From: Mobula hypostoma
Lineage: Eukaryota
Length of the DNA: 64,000 nucleotides
Direction of reading: 5' to 3'
NCBI RefSeq assembly: GCF_963921235.1
Contig: NC_086097.1
Span: forward strand, 70,124,001-70,188,000
In this document: piece after piece, positions 60,980 through 64,000 of the stretch
Layout: each line of letters opens with the position of its first letter
How positions within the stretch are numbered: position 1 is the first letter of the stretch
Notes under the pieces: model-generated
What the model saw: only the letters and a program-made list of their open reading frames with translations
Told to the model about the DNA's origin: nothing
Database searches by the model: none
Translations under genes and position numbers: made by a program

Positions 60980-63900
60980 CTTCATCATTATTAGGTGCCA
61001 TGCCCAGTTTGAGCTTTGACTGCCGTGGCCCACACACTCTGGTTTCAGGTCAAGTGGATCAATTTATTGGTACAGGTGTTCCCAGCTTTTCGAACGTTCG
61101 CTTTACGAAACCTCACTGTTACGAAAGACCTACATTAGTACCTTGTTTTCGCTTTCAGAAGGTGTTTTCACTGTTACGAAAAAAATCAGCACGTGAAAAA
61201 ATCAGCGTGCGATAAAAGGCAGCGTGCGCCCCGAGCAGCCGCTCTCCCCCGGATTCAGAACTGCAATCTCGCCAGCATTGCTTAAACACGTGCCTGTGAG
61301 CAGTTGTGTGCAAGATGAGTCCTATGGTATTGGAAAAGCCTAAAAGAGCTCGTAAGGTGTTACACTTAGTGTAAAACTAGCCATAATTAAGCCTTTCGAT
61401 CGTGGTGAATGAAGTAAGGACTAAGTGAGTTTGGCTTGTGGAAGCTGACGAACATGATGTTGAAGAGGTTTTGGCATCCCATGAACAAGATCTGATAGAT
61501 GAAGAGCTGATGCAATTGGAAGAAAAAAGGATAACAATTGAAACCGAATGTAGTAGCGAACTGAACGTGAAGCAACTGCGTGAGATTTTTGCTGCAATGA
61601 TATAGTACGACTTTGATTTTGAAAGGGTACGTAGGTTTAGGGGATATTTGCAAGATGGTTTGAGTCCTTACAAAGAACTGTATGATAGAAAAATGCACGA
61701 GGCTCAGCAGTCAATCAAGCCTTCCACATCAGCCACAGCAGACGACGAACCTTGACCTTCGACATCGAGGCGGGCAGTCGTAGGAGAAGATGAGCTGCCT
61801 GCTCTAATGGAAACAGACGACGAGATGACACCTCAGTGTCCTACCACCCCAACCCCCAGGCCACGGACAGATACCGATTCGCAGAGAATGCAGCAGTAGC
61901 TGGGAGGCACACAGCACATCTTTAAGAAAAAAGCCGAAACAAACATGCTAATTAATTAGGTGCCACCCAACATGTAATTGTCGGCCCAGATCAGAGACGA
62001 CGCAATCGGAAATCGGCACTGATCTGGGCCGACGTTTATGTGCCGAGCGGCACCTAATGAATTAGCATGTTTGTTTTGGCTTTTTACTTAAAGATGTGCT
62101 GTGTGCCTCCCAGCTACCGCTGCACCCCTGCATGCTTTGCGGTTCGGTATCGGTCGGTGGCCTGGAGGGTGGGGGCCACTGCACCACCCAATCTCCGATG
62201 ACTCAGTCTAACACACCATCATCAGTGTGCTTGGCGCTGTCCCGATTCCGGTAAGTGATACTACACTGTACATACATTATTTCTACTTTATATAGGCTGT
62301 GTATTTTTACGTGTTATTTGGTATGATTTGGCAGCTTCATAGCTTAAAGGTTACTGGACAGAGTGTTTTTGCCAACAGCGCTTGCGTGAGATTTTCTGCC
62401 AACGGCGCTTACATGAGATTTCCGCTACGGAGAACAGTGCAGTAATGATTGTGGAAAAGTGTTTCTACTTTATATAGGCTGTGTATTTGTCATATCATTC
62501 CTGCTTTTGCTATATGTTACTGTTATTTTAGGTTTTGTGTGTTATTTGGCATGATTTGGTAGGTTATTTTTGGGTCTGCGAACGCTCACAAAATTTTCCC
62601 ATATAAATAAATGGTAATTGCTTCTTTGCTTTATGACATTTCGGCTTACGAACCGTTTCATAGGAACGCTCTACCTTTGGATGGCAGGGGAAACCTGTAT
62701 TCATTTCCAGTTCTCTGGCTACTGTCTCCACCATCACTTGTCTTTGCCTTCCTCTTGCTTTCTTCCCTTCAATCTTTCCCATAATTACCGTGCATTCTAA
62801 CTCCTCTTTCCTAATCACATGTACAATGAAGTTATGTTGCCTTTTCATGATCTCATACATTATTTCTCTTTCTGTGCTTGCTCTGTTCATGACATCCTTG
62901 TTAGATATTCATTTCGTCCATGATATTCTTTTGCATCCTCCTCAAAAACCACATCTGTGCTGCTTCAATTCGTTTCCTCATGTTACTAGATATTGTCCAA
63001 CATTCTGATCCATATAACTTAACTGAACAAACATAACATTTCAGTACTCTGAGACAGGCTGTCATGCCTAGCTTAGTGCTGGTCATTATACTCTTCATCC
63101 TCATAAAGATGTCTTTTGCCATCCCTATTCTTCTTTTGATGTCCATGTCGCACCTGCCATCTGATGTCACCCAGCTTCCTAAGTGGCAAAAGTTCTGTAC
63201 TTGTTTTATGTCTTCCCCGTTTATTTTCAGCCTACAGACAGGATTTTCCTTCTTTTTGGATATCACCACACATTTTGTCTTTTTGCGATTGATAGATAGA
63301 CCAATTTTTGCACTTTCTTTAACAACTATATCAATTAAGTTTTGTAGTTCTTCCTCCGTACTTGCAATTAGCACAGTGTCATCTGCATACCTGAAATTAT
63401 TGATGTTTTCACCACCAACTTTGATTTCCAAGATGTCTCTTATTTTTTTGTAATATTGTTTCACTGTACACATTAAATAAATCAGGGGAGAAAACACACC
63501 CTTTGTCTATCCCCTCTCTTGATTTTCATAAACTGACTCACTTCTCCATCTATTCTTACAGCAGCAGTTTGTTTCCAGTACAGATTTCTGATTAGGCAGA
63601 GGTCTTACGAATCTAGATCTAGAGTTTCCTGTAATATTTCAAATAACTTATTGTGCTTCACTTTATCAAATGCTTTTGTGTCGTCGATAAAACAAACAAC
63701 CAAATCTTTTTGCACTTGAATAGCTCGTTCTGATAGTATCCTTAACATCAATATCGCGTTTCTTGTACCTTTGTCTTTCACAAAACCACATTGTTCTTTA
63801 CCTATTTCAGCTTGTATCTTAGTTTTCGCTCTTGTCATCAACATTCTTAGAAGTATCTTAGTGATATGACTCATTAAACTTATGGTCCTATGTAATTCAT

Positions 63901-64000
63901 ATTCTATTGCTCCAGGTTTCTTAGGAAGAGTGATAAGTATTAAGTTTTTTCATCTTCTCTGGTATTATTAGAGTCTCACAAATGTCACTGATTTTGCATT
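60980..64000 (-). mobile_element. RTE-clade LINE (RT and 3' end), interrupted by the Tigger element; continues beyond the window
   Basis: KEQCGFVKDKGTRNAI, CFIDDTKAFDKV, NINNFRYADD, GKIEGKKARGRQR. The frame rejoins across the insertion (ELEMN|TNKLIHL...GHGT*) and is followed by a short taa/tga tail. Confidence 0.9.
61073..62697 (+). mobile_element. Tigger/pogo-derived non-autonomous element with TA TSD and an internal long hairpin
   Basis: ta|caggtgttccc ... ggggaaacctg|ta; N-terminal KRARK-VTLSVKLAIIK and C-terminal acidic EHDVEEVLASHEQDLIDEELMQLEE remnants; no DDD domain. Confidence 0.85.

Noticed and set aside
60676..61215. 179-aa plus-strand ORF
   Set aside because: Runs across a CR1 tail, a pLTR remnant, an antisense RTE tail and a Tigger TIR; a chance composite.
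1..64000. A novel multi-gene or prokaryote-type system
   Set aside because: All long ORFs are explained by known TE families, and the only host coding sequence is the spliced SCFD1 exons.

Overview
Vertebrate genomic DNA, most likely a cartilaginous fish (shark or ray; inferred from the repeat families, not proven). The whole window lies inside one minus-strand gene, SCFD1 (Sly1, Sec1/Munc18 family). Six small coding exons (80+63+76+54+53+34 = 360 nt, about 0.6% of the window) with GT/AG borders splice in phase to 120 aa near the protein C-terminus. The gene continues beyond both window ends. The introns (2.6-29.6 kb) are packed with transposable elements: a Gmr1-type Gypsy LTR element with a SCAN-domain gag, a full-length LINE-1 with a 14-bp TSD and open ORF1, several Penelope-like elements, CR1, Rex1/Babar and RTE LINEs, Tc1, Tigger and hAT derivatives, and SINEs, many of them nested. 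The most notable non-obvious signals are: six minimal hammerhead-ribozyme motifs in Penelope terminal repeats, each with a lesion; a Tigger derivative with a ~160-bp-arm internal hairpin, plus a second copy broken at the hairpin apex; a BED-finger hAT derivative with a 6-bp TSD; and a probably accidental 360-aa ORF fusing a CR1 APE fragment to a Penelope GIY-YIG fragment. I found no CRISPR array, rRNA, true tRNA or prokaryotic-type system, and nothing I can support as a wholly new biological system. Transposon boundaries without a TSD are approximate, and all family calls are by motif recognition without database searches.
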